From Spirochaetota bacterium (GTDB lineage: Bacteria; Spirochaetota; UBA4802; UBA5550): a stretch of 64,000 bases of DNA. Of the stretch, positions 30,405 to 40,597 are shown piece by piece. The stretch covers positions 2,592,001 to 2,656,000 of the forward strand of contig CAXXHB010000003.1 of NCBI GenBank assembly GCA_963664815.2. Reading direction: 5' to 3'. A model generated the notes under the pieces. It did not search any database. It was not told the origin of the DNA and saw only the letters and a list, made by a program, of their open reading frames with translations. The translations under genes and the position numbers were made by a program. Each line of letters begins with the position of its first letter. Position 1 is the stretch's first letter.

Positions 30405-31286
30405 TTACATCACACCAGTCCTCTGGACATCCTTAGCCTGAACAGTAACCACACCACTGGGTGTAAGTATCTGCAGGAAAGCGCCACGGGACATGATAAC
30501 ACCTTTAATGACTCTTCCATTGTACATAGTAATTACATCTATTCTCTGATATTTTGTTTTCATCTCTTCATATGACATTCCGGAAAGCTTTTCTATCTCT
30601 TTATTTATCTCTTCATCGCTCTTGATTGTATCTTCATATTTTTTATTGAGATCTTCCGTAGTCATTTTTTCAATATCTTTTACGGCAGGAGTTGCTTCAA
30701 GCTTCTTGAGTTCAAGTGTTTCAACCTGGTTTACATTTCTCATCTCTATTTTTTCAGATACAACCACACTTTTCCCCGGATCAGCAAGCTTCTCTTCTTT
30801 TGTGTCACTTTTAACTACGCTTACAGACCCCTTTCCTACGGCAACAACGGTTTTACCATTTGAATAATCTGTTAAGAATTCCGTACCCCTTACAGACGCA
30901 ACCGCAGTAGGTGTTTTTACAAAATAATCATTTCCTTTTTTCAATTTAGAAACATTTGACAGGACTTTACCTTTATCAAGATTGATCTCTCTCTTGGCTA
31001 TATTGGTTATTGATGCAACAACAACCTTTGTATTCGCCTCAAACCTTACAATAAGTTCATTCCCGACCTGAACTATTACCGAAGATTTATCCCCTGTTTC
31101 AATTACATCTCCATCTTTAACTATATCCTGTATTTTTACAGGACGAGGCAATGCATTTGCCGTTTGAATTGTTGCAGTCCCGGAAAAGAACGAGACAACT
31201 GCATCTGCTGATTTACCCTTTCCACATGAAGCCGGTATAAGGGAAATGAGTATCATTGCTAAAGCCGCCGCATAAAAATTTTTCAT
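30405..31286 (-). CDS. FecR-domain lipoprotein (LipL45-like)
   Basis: Lipobox PASC; GDVIETG; TPTAVASVRGTEF; C-terminal beta domain. Confidence 0.85.
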   Translation of the reverse strand: MKNFYAAALAMILISLIPASCGKGKSADAVVSFFSGTATIQTANALPRPVKIQDIVKDGDVIETGDKSSVIVQVGNELIVRFEANTKVVVASITNIAKREINLDKGKVLSNVSKLKKGNDYFVKTPTAVASVRGTEFLTDYSNGKTVVAVGKGSVSVVKSDTKEEKLADPGKSVVVSEKIEMRNVNQVETLELKKLEATPAVKDIEKMTTEDLNKKYEDTIKSDEEINKEIEKLSGMSYEEMKTKYQRIDVITMYNGRVIKGVIMSRGAFLQILTPSGVVTVQAKDVQRTGVM

Positions 31287-31415
31287 GTTTAACTCCTTTT
31301 ATTCATTATTTAGCAGATAAAACTGCGTTCTCTTGAAAATAAATTTCTTAATATATAATCGCAGAAATTACTGCGAATATTCAATGTTAGTCAGTCCGGT
31401 ATAACATGCAACATA

Positions 31416-32528
31416 TTATTGAATTATCCTTGATCCTTTTACTTCCTTTGCAGGAATCGATACAGTTCCGCCAGGAGTCAGAATTCTGTAAAATTCTCCC
31501 CGAGAAACTATAACACCTGTATATCTTCTTCCGCTGTAGAGAACCAACTCATCTATTTTGCCATACTTTTCCTTCAATGCTTCAAGAGTCGGTTTTACAG
31601 TTACAGCTGCAGCCTCCGGGCCAGTAAGTCTGTCCTTTATAAACTGTAGTTCTTCAGGTTTCTTTGAATCAATAGATTCAACATAAATCAATTCAGAAAA
31701 CGCCTTCATCATTATTAACTCATTTTCTTTTATGGGAGATACTACATTCGCCCCGTCAACCTCAGTTGAGTACCCTTTTGAGAGATTATATTCAATACCG
31801 CCCGGGACATGCTTTATTTTAACTGTTCCATCTGATACAAAAACAACTGTTTTGCCAGCTTCATGTAAAACTCCAAATTCCGTTCCCTTAACAGAGACTG
31901 CAGCCTCCGGAGTGTAAATTTCATAACTCAATCCATCTGCCAGATGAGGGACACGCGTGAGTATTCCACCGTTTTTAATATCAAGACGCAATCCGGCGCC
32001 TATGCTGGTTACATAAACCGCACTTTTCCTGTTTATCTTTACAACAGTCCTGTTATCAAACTGCAGCAGGACTGGATATTCTCCCGTAATAATCTGATCA
32101 CCTTCCATAATTGCATCAGCTGACCGTACTGATGATAAATCTGTTCCACCACGTATAATTTTAGAATCTAACGATACGACGATAACTCCGTTTTTTTGAA
32201 TCTCATTTACAGCAATTACTCCCCGTTTGTATAAATAATTCTGCAACAGGATAACAGAACCACCCGCAACAACCATTAAGGCAATAACAGAAGCAAAAAC
32301 AGCTGCTCTTGCACCGGAAACAAGCGTTACCTTCAAACCAAGTCCCTGCATTATATAATAAAATCGTACTGCTGCTGAAGTCATTACTCCGCTCTTTCCG
32401 TTTTTCCCGAGAATAACAGCAAGAGTTTTTTTCTTGGAACTATATATTCTTTTCTGATCCGCCGGCAATACCGGTACAACAAGATCATATTTTACAAGAA
32501 GCCGGTTTATCAGTTCTATATCTCTCAC
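31416..32528 (-). CDS. FecR-domain membrane protein, putative anti-sigma factor
   Basis: Cytoplasmic N-terminus, TM at ~75-97, GDQIITG and TPEAAVSVKGTEF; overlaps the sigma gene by 4 bp. Confidence 0.82.
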   Translation of the reverse strand: MRDIELINRLLVKYDLVVPVLPADQKRIYSSKKKTLAVILGKNGKSGVMTSAAVRFYYIMQGLGLKVTLVSGARAAVFASVIALMVVAGGSVILLQNYLYKRGVIAVNEIQKNGVIVVSLDSKIIRGGTDLSSVRSADAIMEGDQIITGEYPVLLQFDNRTVVKINRKSAVYVTSIGAGLRLDIKNGGILTRVPHLADGLSYEIYTPEAAVSVKGTEFGVLHEAGKTVVFVSDGTVKIKHVPGGIEYNLSKGYSTEVDGANVVSPIKENELIMMKAFSELIYVESIDSKKPEELQFIKDRLTGPEAAAVTVKPTLEALKEKYGKIDELVLYSGRRYTGVIVSRGEFYRILTPGGTVSIPAKEVKGSRIIQ

Positions 32529-33064
32529 AACAGATCCTCTATACTGTTTATCCCCAGATCTTTAAGCCTGCTGAAAACTCTTTCGGCAAATACATTGTAC
32601 CTGTAAATCACCTGCTTATAATTCAGATTCAGATGCCTGCTTACCTGAGCATAGGAATAATTATAAACCGCAACAAGTTCAAATAGCGAAGCATCACGAT
32701 CTCCACTCTCGTTGCAGATATCATCAATTACATGTTTTATCATCATTCTTGTATCCCTGAATCCGTTTACATACCCCATTCCTATATCATCAAAAAGTTC
32801 ATCTACATCAATATCCTTCTTCTTTTTCATTTTATAATAATCAAGCACTACAATTCTCAGACATCCGAAAAGCCATTTCCGGGGATTTACCACCTCATTC
32901 ATTCTGTCATAAAAGCGTATAAAAACCTCCTGGCATATATCCTCAGCATCATGATAGTTATTTATTCTTGAATAAACCGTATTGAATATAATTGAATAAT
33001 AGGAGTCATAACTCTCAACAAAGCGTTCAGCTCCTGGATCAGAAAGTTCTTTATTTAACTTCAC
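32525..33064 (-). CDS. ECF (sigma-70 group 4) RNA polymerase sigma factor
   Basis: Region 2 DAEDICQEVFIRFY...RKWLF; region 4 YSYAQVSRHLNL; GTG start. Confidence 0.88.
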   Translation of the reverse strand: MKLNKELSDPGAERFVESYDSYYSIIFNTVYSRINNYHDAEDICQEVFIRFYDRMNEVVNPRKWLFGCLRIVVLDYYKMKKKKDIDVDELFDDIGMGYVNGFRDTRMMIKHVIDDICNESGDRDASLFELVAVYNYSYAQVSRHLNLNYKQVIYRYNVFAERVFSRLKDLGINSIEDLL

Positions 33065-33419
33065 GCATTTACCATTGGATTATATAATATAGTAGAAAAT
33101 ACCGGAAAAAATTCCCCATGGAATTTTTATTTTTTGTGTTACCAATATTTTATTCATTTTATTTAAAAAGTCAATAACAATACATGGACTATATTATAAA
33201 AACACCTATTTTATTATACCATAATACCTGTGTAACTTTTATCGACGGATTTCAGCTCACTGTTGCATACTTTAGCAGTTAAACTGAAATTATATTATAT
33301 AATACATTAATATTTCCAATTTTTCATTTTATCATAATTAAGTTTCTTGACATACGTTTTTTTTATTCCATATATTAGTTCCGCGATGATGTTAAATACC
33401 ACTGCCCCGGAGAATTGAT

Positions 33420-34106
33420 TTGAATCTTAAATTAAAAGACCTCGTTGAACTGCTTCAGCTTCCGGAAAAAACTGTAAAAAAATGGGTAGAACAGGGCAAA
33501 ATTCCCTCATATAAAATTGGCGGACAGTACAGGTTCAGCGAATCCGAAATTAACGAATGGATTATCAACAATAAACTGAAGGATAATCTTAATATATCAG
33601 AGAAAATAATCGAGCTTAGCGCCGGTAAACTGCATGTGAGCCTTACAGGTTTTCTTGAAAACGGCGGAATATTCTATGGAATTGAAGGCAACACTGTAAG
33701 TGAAATAATCAATAATTGCGTTAACAGAATAAATATTCCGGAATGCGTTCACCGCAATGTTCTTCTGGAATCTCTTCTGGAAAGAGAAAGCATGATGCCT
33801 ACCGCTCTTGGTAAAGGTATAGCAATCCCTCATCCGAGAAACCCTATTATCACAGATGTTGAACATGAAAGTTTATCCATCTGTTTTCTCGCCAATGAAA
33901 TAGATTATGGCGCACTTGACGGAAAGAATGTTCACACACTGTTCATCGTATTGAGCGCTAATCCTAAAAGACACCTTGAGATGTTATCAAAGATCTCATT
34001 TTTATGCCAAGATGAAGAATTTATGAGCCTTTTAAAAAGCAGAGCAGATACACGTTCAATTACAGAATACCTCAAAAACAAAGATATAGAATGGATTAAG
34101 GTGTGA
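33420..34106 (+). CDS. Excisionase-type HTH fused to a PTS EIIA (PtsN-like) domain
   Basis: LKDLVELLQLPEKTVKKW..GKIPSYKIGGQYRF; ERESMMPTALGKGIAIPH (phospho-His); HLEMLSKI; TTG start. Confidence 0.9.
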   Translation: MNLKLKDLVELLQLPEKTVKKWVEQGKIPSYKIGGQYRFSESEINEWIINNKLKDNLNISEKIIELSAGKLHVSLTGFLENGGIFYGIEGNTVSEIINNCVNRINIPECVHRNVLLESLLERESMMPTALGKGIAIPHPRNPIITDVEHESLSICFLANEIDYGALDGKNVHTLFIVLSANPKRHLEMLSKISFLCQDEEFMSLLKSRADTRSITEYLKNKDIEWIKV

Positions 34107-34110
34107 CATC

Positions 34111-36084
34111 ATGGAATTTTTTTTTGCCGGAATAACACTCTTTGTTGCCGGAGGTTTGCTCTCCGAATTTGTAAATTTCAGATATAAGTCAGCAGTATCT
34201 CTTATTTTTTCCTTCCCGGGTACTGTTCTTACCGGTTATACCGCTCTTCTTGCCCTTACAGGTAAATGTGCTCCTGAAATTACATTTTACATGAACTTCC
34301 CGTTCAGGGATACGAGTTTTGTGATGGACCATTTATCAGCACTTTTTGTACTGATCTTCTCAGTCGTTTATCTCCCTGTTTCAATATACTCCTGCGGTTA
34401 CCTGAAGCATTACAACAACGGCCGGAAGGAGAGGCTTCACTATATCTCGCTTTCACTCCTTATATCATCCATGATGCTTGTCGTAACAGTTACAAACTCC
34501 TTCATATTCCTCATACTGTGGGAAATAATGTCCCTCTCCTCATTCTTTCTCGTTTCTTTCGATAATGAGAAGCCTGAAGTATATGACGCAGCTATAAATT
34601 ATCTGATAGCCATGCATATCGGTGTTGTTTTCATAATCTCCGCATTCGCCTGGCTCTCATACAGATCGGGGGAAAATAATTTTGACAGCTTCAGAGTGGT
34701 TCTTAACTCGGGTAAAGGGATTGCCGATCTTTTATTTTTTATTTCGTTCATAGGTTTCGGCACGAAAGCCGGCTTCTTTCCGTTTCATTCATGGCTTCCC
34801 AAGGCCCACCCTGCTGCTCCATCGCATATTTCGGCCCTGATGTCGGGACTGATGATAAAAACAGGGATTTACGGAATACTGAGATTCCTCTCACTTATAG
34901 ATAATCCCTCGAAGACCATTGGTTTCACACTGCTCGCCCTGTCCTCTTTCACGGCTATCTTTGGAATTTTATATGCAATGAATGACCGCGACATGAAAAA
35001 ACAGCTGGCATACTCCAGTATCGAAAATATCGGAATAATCGGCATGGCGTTATCCGTTGGCATACTCGGAGCTGCTTTCGGAAATACATACATGGCTATA
35101 CTAGGTTTTACCGGGGCAATTCTTCATTTAATCAATCACTCACTGTTTAAAACTCTTCTCTTCTTTTCTGCGGGAAGCGTATATCTCAACAGTCACTCCA
35201 GAAACATGGAGACTATGGGGGGATTAATAAAAAAGCTTCCATACACTGCAACCATTTTTATTATCGCATCAGTAGCAATTTCCGGGCTTCCTCCGCTGAA
35301 TGGCTTTATTAGTGAATTTTTCATCTATTACTCAATGTTAAGCGGTATAAAATCTTCACCAGTTCTCTTTGTTACTATGATTGCAGGTTTTTCGCTCCTC
35401 GCCCTTATCGGGGCGATTGCTGTTATAGCATTTACCAAGTCTGCCGGAATTATTTTTCTCGGCACATCACGAAGTGGAGATATTGACAGCTATAACGAAA
35501 ACTGGATGATAATTGTTCCGATGGTTTTTATTGCTGCTTTGATGTTCCTTATCGGGATTTTTCCTCATAAAGTAATATGGTTAACATCCGGAATATCAGC
35601 AAATCTGATTAAGGCGAATACCGCGACAGAGATCAACAGAATAATCGGTCTTGCTTCCGCTCTTTCAATTGCACTTATCATTTTTTACGGGATACTCGCC
35701 GCAATATTGCTCTTCAGGATAATAATGTACAGGAAAGAAAAGGTCGAATACTTTAAAACATGGGACTGCGGCTACCAGGGTGGATCACCAAGGATACAAT
35801 ACACAGCTTCATCATTCTCGGCAGATACGGTTCATGTCACCAGGCCGATTCTTATTCACAAAATACACCTGACCAAACCGGAAGGAGTTTTTCCCAGGAA
35901 GTCCTCTCTTAACACAGTGAATATTGATATAACAGATATAATTGTAACTGACTTTATAAAAAAACTTATAGAGAAATTCTTTAACACCGTATCGGTCATT
36001 CAAAGCAGAACGGCTCAACAGTATGTAATGTATGTTATAGTGTTTATCATTGTCACTTTCATCTGGATAATAGTAATAAAGTGA
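34111..36084 (+). CDS. HyfB-like (MrpA/D, NuoL-type) ion-translocating subunit of an Ehr complex
   Basis: WEIMSL, KAGFFPFHSWLPKAHPAAPS, LAYSSIENIGII and WDCGY motifs. Confidence 0.9.
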   Translation: MEFFFAGITLFVAGGLLSEFVNFRYKSAVSLIFSFPGTVLTGYTALLALTGKCAPEITFYMNFPFRDTSFVMDHLSALFVLIFSVVYLPVSIYSCGYLKHYNNGRKERLHYISLSLLISSMMLVVTVTNSFIFLILWEIMSLSSFFLVSFDNEKPEVYDAAINYLIAMHIGVVFIISAFAWLSYRSGENNFDSFRVVLNSGKGIADLLFFISFIGFGTKAGFFPFHSWLPKAHPAAPSHISALMSGLMIKTGIYGILRFLSLIDNPSKTIGFTLLALSSFTAIFGILYAMNDRDMKKQLAYSSIENIGIIGMALSVGILGAAFGNTYMAILGFTGAILHLINHSLFKTLLFFSAGSVYLNSHSRNMETMGGLIKKLPYTATIFIIASVAISGLPPLNGFISEFFIYYSMLSGIKSSPVLFVTMIAGFSLLALIGAIAVIAFTKSAGIIFLGTSRSGDIDSYNENWMIIVPMVFIAALMFLIGIFPHKVIWLTSGISANLIKANTATEINRIIGLASALSIALIIFYGILAAILLFRIIMYRKEKVEYFKTWDCGYQGGSPRIQYTASSFSADTVHVTRPILIHKIHLTKPEGVFPRKSSLNTVNIDITDIIVTDFIKKLIEKFFNTVSVIQSRTAQQYVMYVIVFIIVTFIWIIVIK

Positions 36085-36094
36085 GGAAAATGAT

Positions 36095-37030
36095 ATGAAA
36101 GAAATAATGCTAATAAAAACAGCAAATATAATGGTTATACTTCTGTTCCCCCTGCTTTTTATTGGTATAATAAACAAAACCAAAGCATTCTGGGGAGGAA
36201 GGAAAGGGGCTTTAATAATACAGCCATATTATGATTTTTTTAAGCTGATGAGAAAAGGTGAAGTTATAAGCAATGTAACATCATGGGTTTTCTTTTTCTT
36301 TCCGGCTTTATCTCTCGCATCAACTATCTTTGCCGGACTTCTTCTTCCCGTCTTTGACCATAAAGCAGTGATAAGTTTTGAAGGGAGCTTTATTCTTTTC
36401 GCTTACATCCTGGCAGCAGGAAAATTCTTCAGTATTATCGGCGCGCTTGATACCGGAAGCAGCTTCGAGGGGATGGGTGCAGCGCGTGAAGCTTTTTTAA
36501 CCAGTATCCCGGAGCCGGCATTTTTTATTCTTCTCGGTTCAATATCTATATTTGCCGGATATAATTCTTTCGAAAATCTATTCGGCCTTTATCATGCAGG
36601 ATCTGAACTGAGCCTTCTTGTTGTCGTATTAATAGTAATAATACTCCTTATAATACTCCTCGTTGAAGGAAGCCGTATTCCTATAGATGATCCGAATACG
36701 CACCTGGAACTTACAATGATACACGAGGTAATGGTTCTGGACAACTCCGGACCATCGCTTGCGTTGATACAGTACGGATCCGCCATGAAAATGATGATTT
36801 TTTCAAGCCTTATAATAAACTTCATCATTCCGTATAACACCGGCGCTCTGTTCTATTCTGTATATTATGCCGCGGGAATTACAGTTATGGCGGTCACTAT
36901 CGGTACCATCGAAACTCTTACTGCGAGATTCAGGATTATACGTATACCGGATTTCATTTTCACAATTGTAGGGATGTCACTTATGGTAATGTTCATTATA
37001 CTCCTATACTACTACGGAGGGAGACGTTAA
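36095..37030 (+). CDS. HyfC/HycD (NuoH-like) membrane subunit
   Basis: GRKG..IIQPYYD, LDTGSSFEGMGAARE and RIPIDDPNTHLELTMIHE motifs. Confidence 0.92.
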   Translation: MKEIMLIKTANIMVILLFPLLFIGIINKTKAFWGGRKGALIIQPYYDFFKLMRKGEVISNVTSWVFFFFPALSLASTIFAGLLLPVFDHKAVISFEGSFILFAYILAAGKFFSIIGALDTGSSFEGMGAAREAFLTSIPEPAFFILLGSISIFAGYNSFENLFGLYHAGSELSLLVVVLIVIILLIILLVEGSRIPIDDPNTHLELTMIHEVMVLDNSGPSLALIQYGSAMKMMIFSSLIINFIIPYNTGALFYSVYYAAGITVMAVTIGTIETLTARFRIIRIPDFIFTIVGMSLMVMFIILLYYYGGRR

Positions 37031-37636
37031 ATGGAGATACTGATTATTTTTTTCTGCATCTCAATGCTGATAATTTCGGCTGTGAGCAGAATTGAAGAGT
37101 ATATCAAGATGATTGCAATCCAGGGTTTTATTCTGTTTCTTATGAGTATTGTTGAATTCAGAAATCTCGATATGACTCATTTTGTAATAATGGTTCTTGA
37201 AACTCTCGGATTGAAGACGATTATTATGCCGATGTTTTTAATGTATATAGTAAGAAAAAACGAGATTACAAGGGAACTTGATCCTTATTTATCCAATTTC
37301 TATTCACTTCTTATTACAACTTCAATTTATGTCGCGGGTCTTTTTATTTCATTCTGGGTGTCGGGGGTTGCACAGGATATTCGCCCTCTCCATTTTGGAC
37401 TTTCAATAGCTACAATACTGGTTTCGATGTTTATCATAGTAAATCGTAAAAAAGTAATAACACACGTACTCGGTTACATGATATTTGAAAACGGAGTATT
37501 CCTTCTTTCGTTATCAATGGCCGGAGAAATGCCTATCATAGTTGACCTCGGAGTTCTGCTCGATCTTTTTGTAGGAATTTTCCTGCTTGGAATATTTGTC
37601 AATGCAATCCATGAAAAAGAGAGTGAATCCATATGA
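37031..37636 (+). CDS. HyfE-like membrane subunit
   Basis: TM-rich; GYMIFENG and DLGVLLD motifs; position in operon. Confidence 0.88.
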   Translation: MEILIIFFCISMLIISAVSRIEEYIKMIAIQGFILFLMSIVEFRNLDMTHFVIMVLETLGLKTIIMPMFLMYIVRKNEITRELDPYLSNFYSLLITTSIYVAGLFISFWVSGVAQDIRPLHFGLSIATILVSMFIIVNRKKVITHVLGYMIFENGVFLLSLSMAGEMPIIVDLGVLLDLFVGIFLLGIFVNAIHEKESESI

Positions 37637-39057
37637 TAGCATTCCTGATAATATTTCCGCTTGCAGCCGCTATAATTCTGTATCTTATCAAATCCGATTT
37701 ACTTAACAGAAGTATTACGACACTTTATTCCACTATTTATCTTATCTTTGCTATCTCTTTTACAATTAACCGACCGTCAGACATGGAACCTTATTTCATG
37801 GTGGATTCCCTTAATATCATTTTTATTCTGATCACAGCCATACTCTATTTCGGGGTTTCGTTGTTTAATATATCTTACTTCAAAGATTCAGATGTGCCGG
37901 TAAGCAAACAGACAACATACTATATATCTCTTATGCTTTTTGTATTTTCCATGAACGGGTTTATGTTAAGCCAGCACCTGGGACTCAACTGGGTTTTTCT
38001 TGAAGCAACAACACTGGCTACTGCATACCTGATCTATTTTGACAAGACAAGTGAAGCGCTTGATGCGGCATGGAAATATATCTTCATCTGTACGATAGGA
38101 ATCTCCTTTGCTTTTGTCGGAATAATATTTATCTCAAAAGGGGTTGGAGGGAGTGTCGCAGAGTTGTTTTACAGCAACCTTTATCTTAATGCCAAGAATA
38201 TCGACACCTTCTGGATTAATATAGGATTCCTTTTTATTATTCTCGGATACGGGACAAAGATGGGGCTTGCCCCGATGCACTCATGGCTTCCAGATGCACA
38301 CTCAGAGGCGCCATCACCTATGTCCGCTATGCTTTCCGGAACTCTCCTCAATCTGGCCTTTCTGGGAATACTCAGAGTTTATAAAATTATGATCGCTGCC
38401 GAGGATCTTCACTTTGCAAAAAATATTCTGCTGATCATGGGTGTTCTTTCACTTGTATTCAGCGCTGCCTTTATCCTTAAAATCAGAAACTATAAGAAAA
38501 TGCTTGCCTATTCTTCAATTGAGAATATGGGAATTATCGCAATCGGTATCAGTATCGGAGGTCCCGCTGTATTTGCCGTATTTCTTCACATGATAGGTCA
38601 CTCTCTGACCAAAGCATCATTTTTCCTAACAGCTGGAAATATTCTACATCAGTATAAAACAAAAGAATCTGCAAAAATAAACAGTCTCATGCATAATGAT
38701 TACAAAACAGGAATTCTCTGGCTATTATCGTTTGTCAGTATTGCAGCGCTGCCGCCATTCCCTCTTTTTATTTCAGAGTTTATTATAGTCAGAGAAATGA
38801 TCGGCAATGGGAAAATTGCTCTTACTGTTATATTTCTTCTTCTATTGACAATTATACTTTATGGTATTTCGAAGACTATTTTTCAAATGCTGTTTGGAAA
38901 TAACGAAAATGATCCTGAAATACATAAAATCCACGGTTTGTTTTTTTATCTCCCGCAGATAATTTTTATAACACTCCTTCTTATTCTTGGAGTATATATA
39001 CCTGAACCTGTTATGACAATTCTCAACAACGCAGTTTCAATGTTCGGTATTAAATAA
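37633..39057 (+). CDS. HyfF-like (NuoM/N-type) ion-translocating subunit
   Basis: EATTLA, AAWKY and GTKMGLAPMHSWLPDAHSEAPSP motifs. Confidence 0.92.
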   Translation: MIAFLIIFPLAAAIILYLIKSDLLNRSITTLYSTIYLIFAISFTINRPSDMEPYFMVDSLNIIFILITAILYFGVSLFNISYFKDSDVPVSKQTTYYISLMLFVFSMNGFMLSQHLGLNWVFLEATTLATAYLIYFDKTSEALDAAWKYIFICTIGISFAFVGIIFISKGVGGSVAELFYSNLYLNAKNIDTFWINIGFLFIILGYGTKMGLAPMHSWLPDAHSEAPSPMSAMLSGTLLNLAFLGILRVYKIMIAAEDLHFAKNILLIMGVLSLVFSAAFILKIRNYKKMLAYSSIENMGIIAIGISIGGPAVFAVFLHMIGHSLTKASFFLTAGNILHQYKTKESAKINSLMHNDYKTGILWLLSFVSIAALPPFPLFISEFIIVREMIGNGKIALTVIFLLLLTIILYGISKTIFQMLFGNNENDPEIHKIHGLFFYLPQIIFITLLLILGVYIPEPVMTILNNAVSMFGIK

Positions 39058-39068
39058 GGGGGTGTATA

Positions 39069-40586
39069 ATGAACTGGAAAAGATTTAACTGCAGCTCTCT
39101 GATTAAAACCTGCGATATACCTGTAGTTCAGATTGAAGAGCTGAAAAATGATATAATCGGCAAAGTCAGGCTGGAAGAGAAAAGAGTCCTTGCTTTTTTC
39201 GGACTTAAGAGAAATGATATAACTACACTATATGTAATACTTGGCGACGATACAATTTCACGGCTCTTCATCACTTCGGCAGTATTTGACAAAAGCACAA
39301 GAAGCTACAGATCGTTCACACCGGAAGTCCCCTCACTCCATCTCTTCGAGCGGGAATTTTATGAAGATACAGGTATCCGGCCCGAAGGCCATCCATGGCT
39401 CAAGCCTGTAAGATACGGTAAAGACAACAGGGAGGGAACCGGTTCCATAAAAGATTACCCTTTCTACTCCATGGATGGAGACGAGGTACACGAAGTCGCC
39501 GTTGGTCCGGTTCATGCAGGTGTTATAGAACCGGGACACTTCCGGTTCATGTGCCATGGTGAAGATGTCTATCATCTTGAAATTCAGCTGGGCTACCAGC
39601 ACCGGGGACTTGAAAAAACACTAATCAATAAAACGAACTCGGCATCAGGTACAAATATTTTTTTTCCTCAAATTGCTGAAAAAATTGCCGGAGACAGCGC
39701 CGTTGCCCATTCATCCGTATATGCAGGAATTATGGAGATATTTACAGAGACTGAAATACCTCAAAAAGCAATGGCAATCCGGGCTATATGCCTTGAACTT
39801 GAACGCGCTGCCGTTCACATAGGTGATCTTAGTGCAATTTTCAATGATATAGGATTTCTTATGGGCAGTTCTACATTCGGCGCCTTACGGACACTGATAA
39901 TAAACACATCACTACAGATATGCGGCAGCAGGTTCGGAATGGGACTTATCCGCGTTGGAGGGGTGAGCTTTGACATCACCCATGAACTCACCGCAATGAT
40001 ACTTGATAATATTAATTTTGTGCAGCATAAGATTAAAAAGCTAATTCCGCTTACAATGCTCAATCAGCCATCTGTCCTAACACGACTTGAAGGAACCGGA
40101 ACAGTAGACTCTCACACTGCCCGTCTTATAGGAATGGTCGGGCCAGCTGCCAGAGCATCAGGAGTCCCTATTGATATCAGGACAGATTACCCGTCGGGGA
40201 TGTACAGGCACTATCCCGCAAGAAAAATTGTTCTTGAAAAAGGAGATGTCTTTGCCAGGAGTTTTATACGTTATGTGGAAATGATGCATTCATTCGATTA
40301 TATAAGAGAACAGCTCGGAATAATCCAGGGAAAAGAAATTTTTACTGAAGTTAAAAACACACTCCCCGAAAATGCCATTGCACTATCACTGACCGAAGGA
40401 TGGCGGGGAGAAATTATTCATGTTGCCGTTACTGATGAAAATGGAAAACTGACAAGATACAAAATAAAAGATCCGTCGTTCAATAACTGGTATGGTCTTG
40501 CACTCGCAGTAAGAAATAACGGTATATCTGATTTTCCCCTATGTAATAAGAGTTTTAATCTCTCATACTGCGGACATGATCTTTAG
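39069..40586 (+). CDS. HyfG/HycE-like large subunit (NuoC+NuoD fold) lacking NiFe-binding CxxC motifs (EhrL)
   Basis: VGPVHAGVIEPGHFRF, LGYQHRG and EGWRGE; L1 reads EKIAGDSAVAH and L2 reads DFPLCNKSFNLSYCGHDL. Confidence 0.9.
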   Translation: MNWKRFNCSSLIKTCDIPVVQIEELKNDIIGKVRLEEKRVLAFFGLKRNDITTLYVILGDDTISRLFITSAVFDKSTRSYRSFTPEVPSLHLFEREFYEDTGIRPEGHPWLKPVRYGKDNREGTGSIKDYPFYSMDGDEVHEVAVGPVHAGVIEPGHFRFMCHGEDVYHLEIQLGYQHRGLEKTLINKTNSASGTNIFFPQIAEKIAGDSAVAHSSVYAGIMEIFTETEIPQKAMAIRAICLELERAAVHIGDLSAIFNDIGFLMGSSTFGALRTLIINTSLQICGSRFGMGLIRVGGVSFDITHELTAMILDNINFVQHKIKKLIPLTMLNQPSVLTRLEGTGTVDSHTARLIGMVGPAARASGVPIDIRTDYPSGMYRHYPARKIVLEKGDVFARSFIRYVEMMHSFDYIREQLGIIQGKEIFTEVKNTLPENAIALSLTEGWRGEIIHVAVTDENGKLTRYKIKDPSFNNWYGLALAVRNNGISDFPLCNKSFNLSYCGHDL

Positions 40587-40597
40587 GAGAGCCCCTT

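Noticed and set aside
39069-40586. True [NiFe]-hydrogenase large subunit
   Set aside because: Both Ni-binding CxxC motifs are missing.
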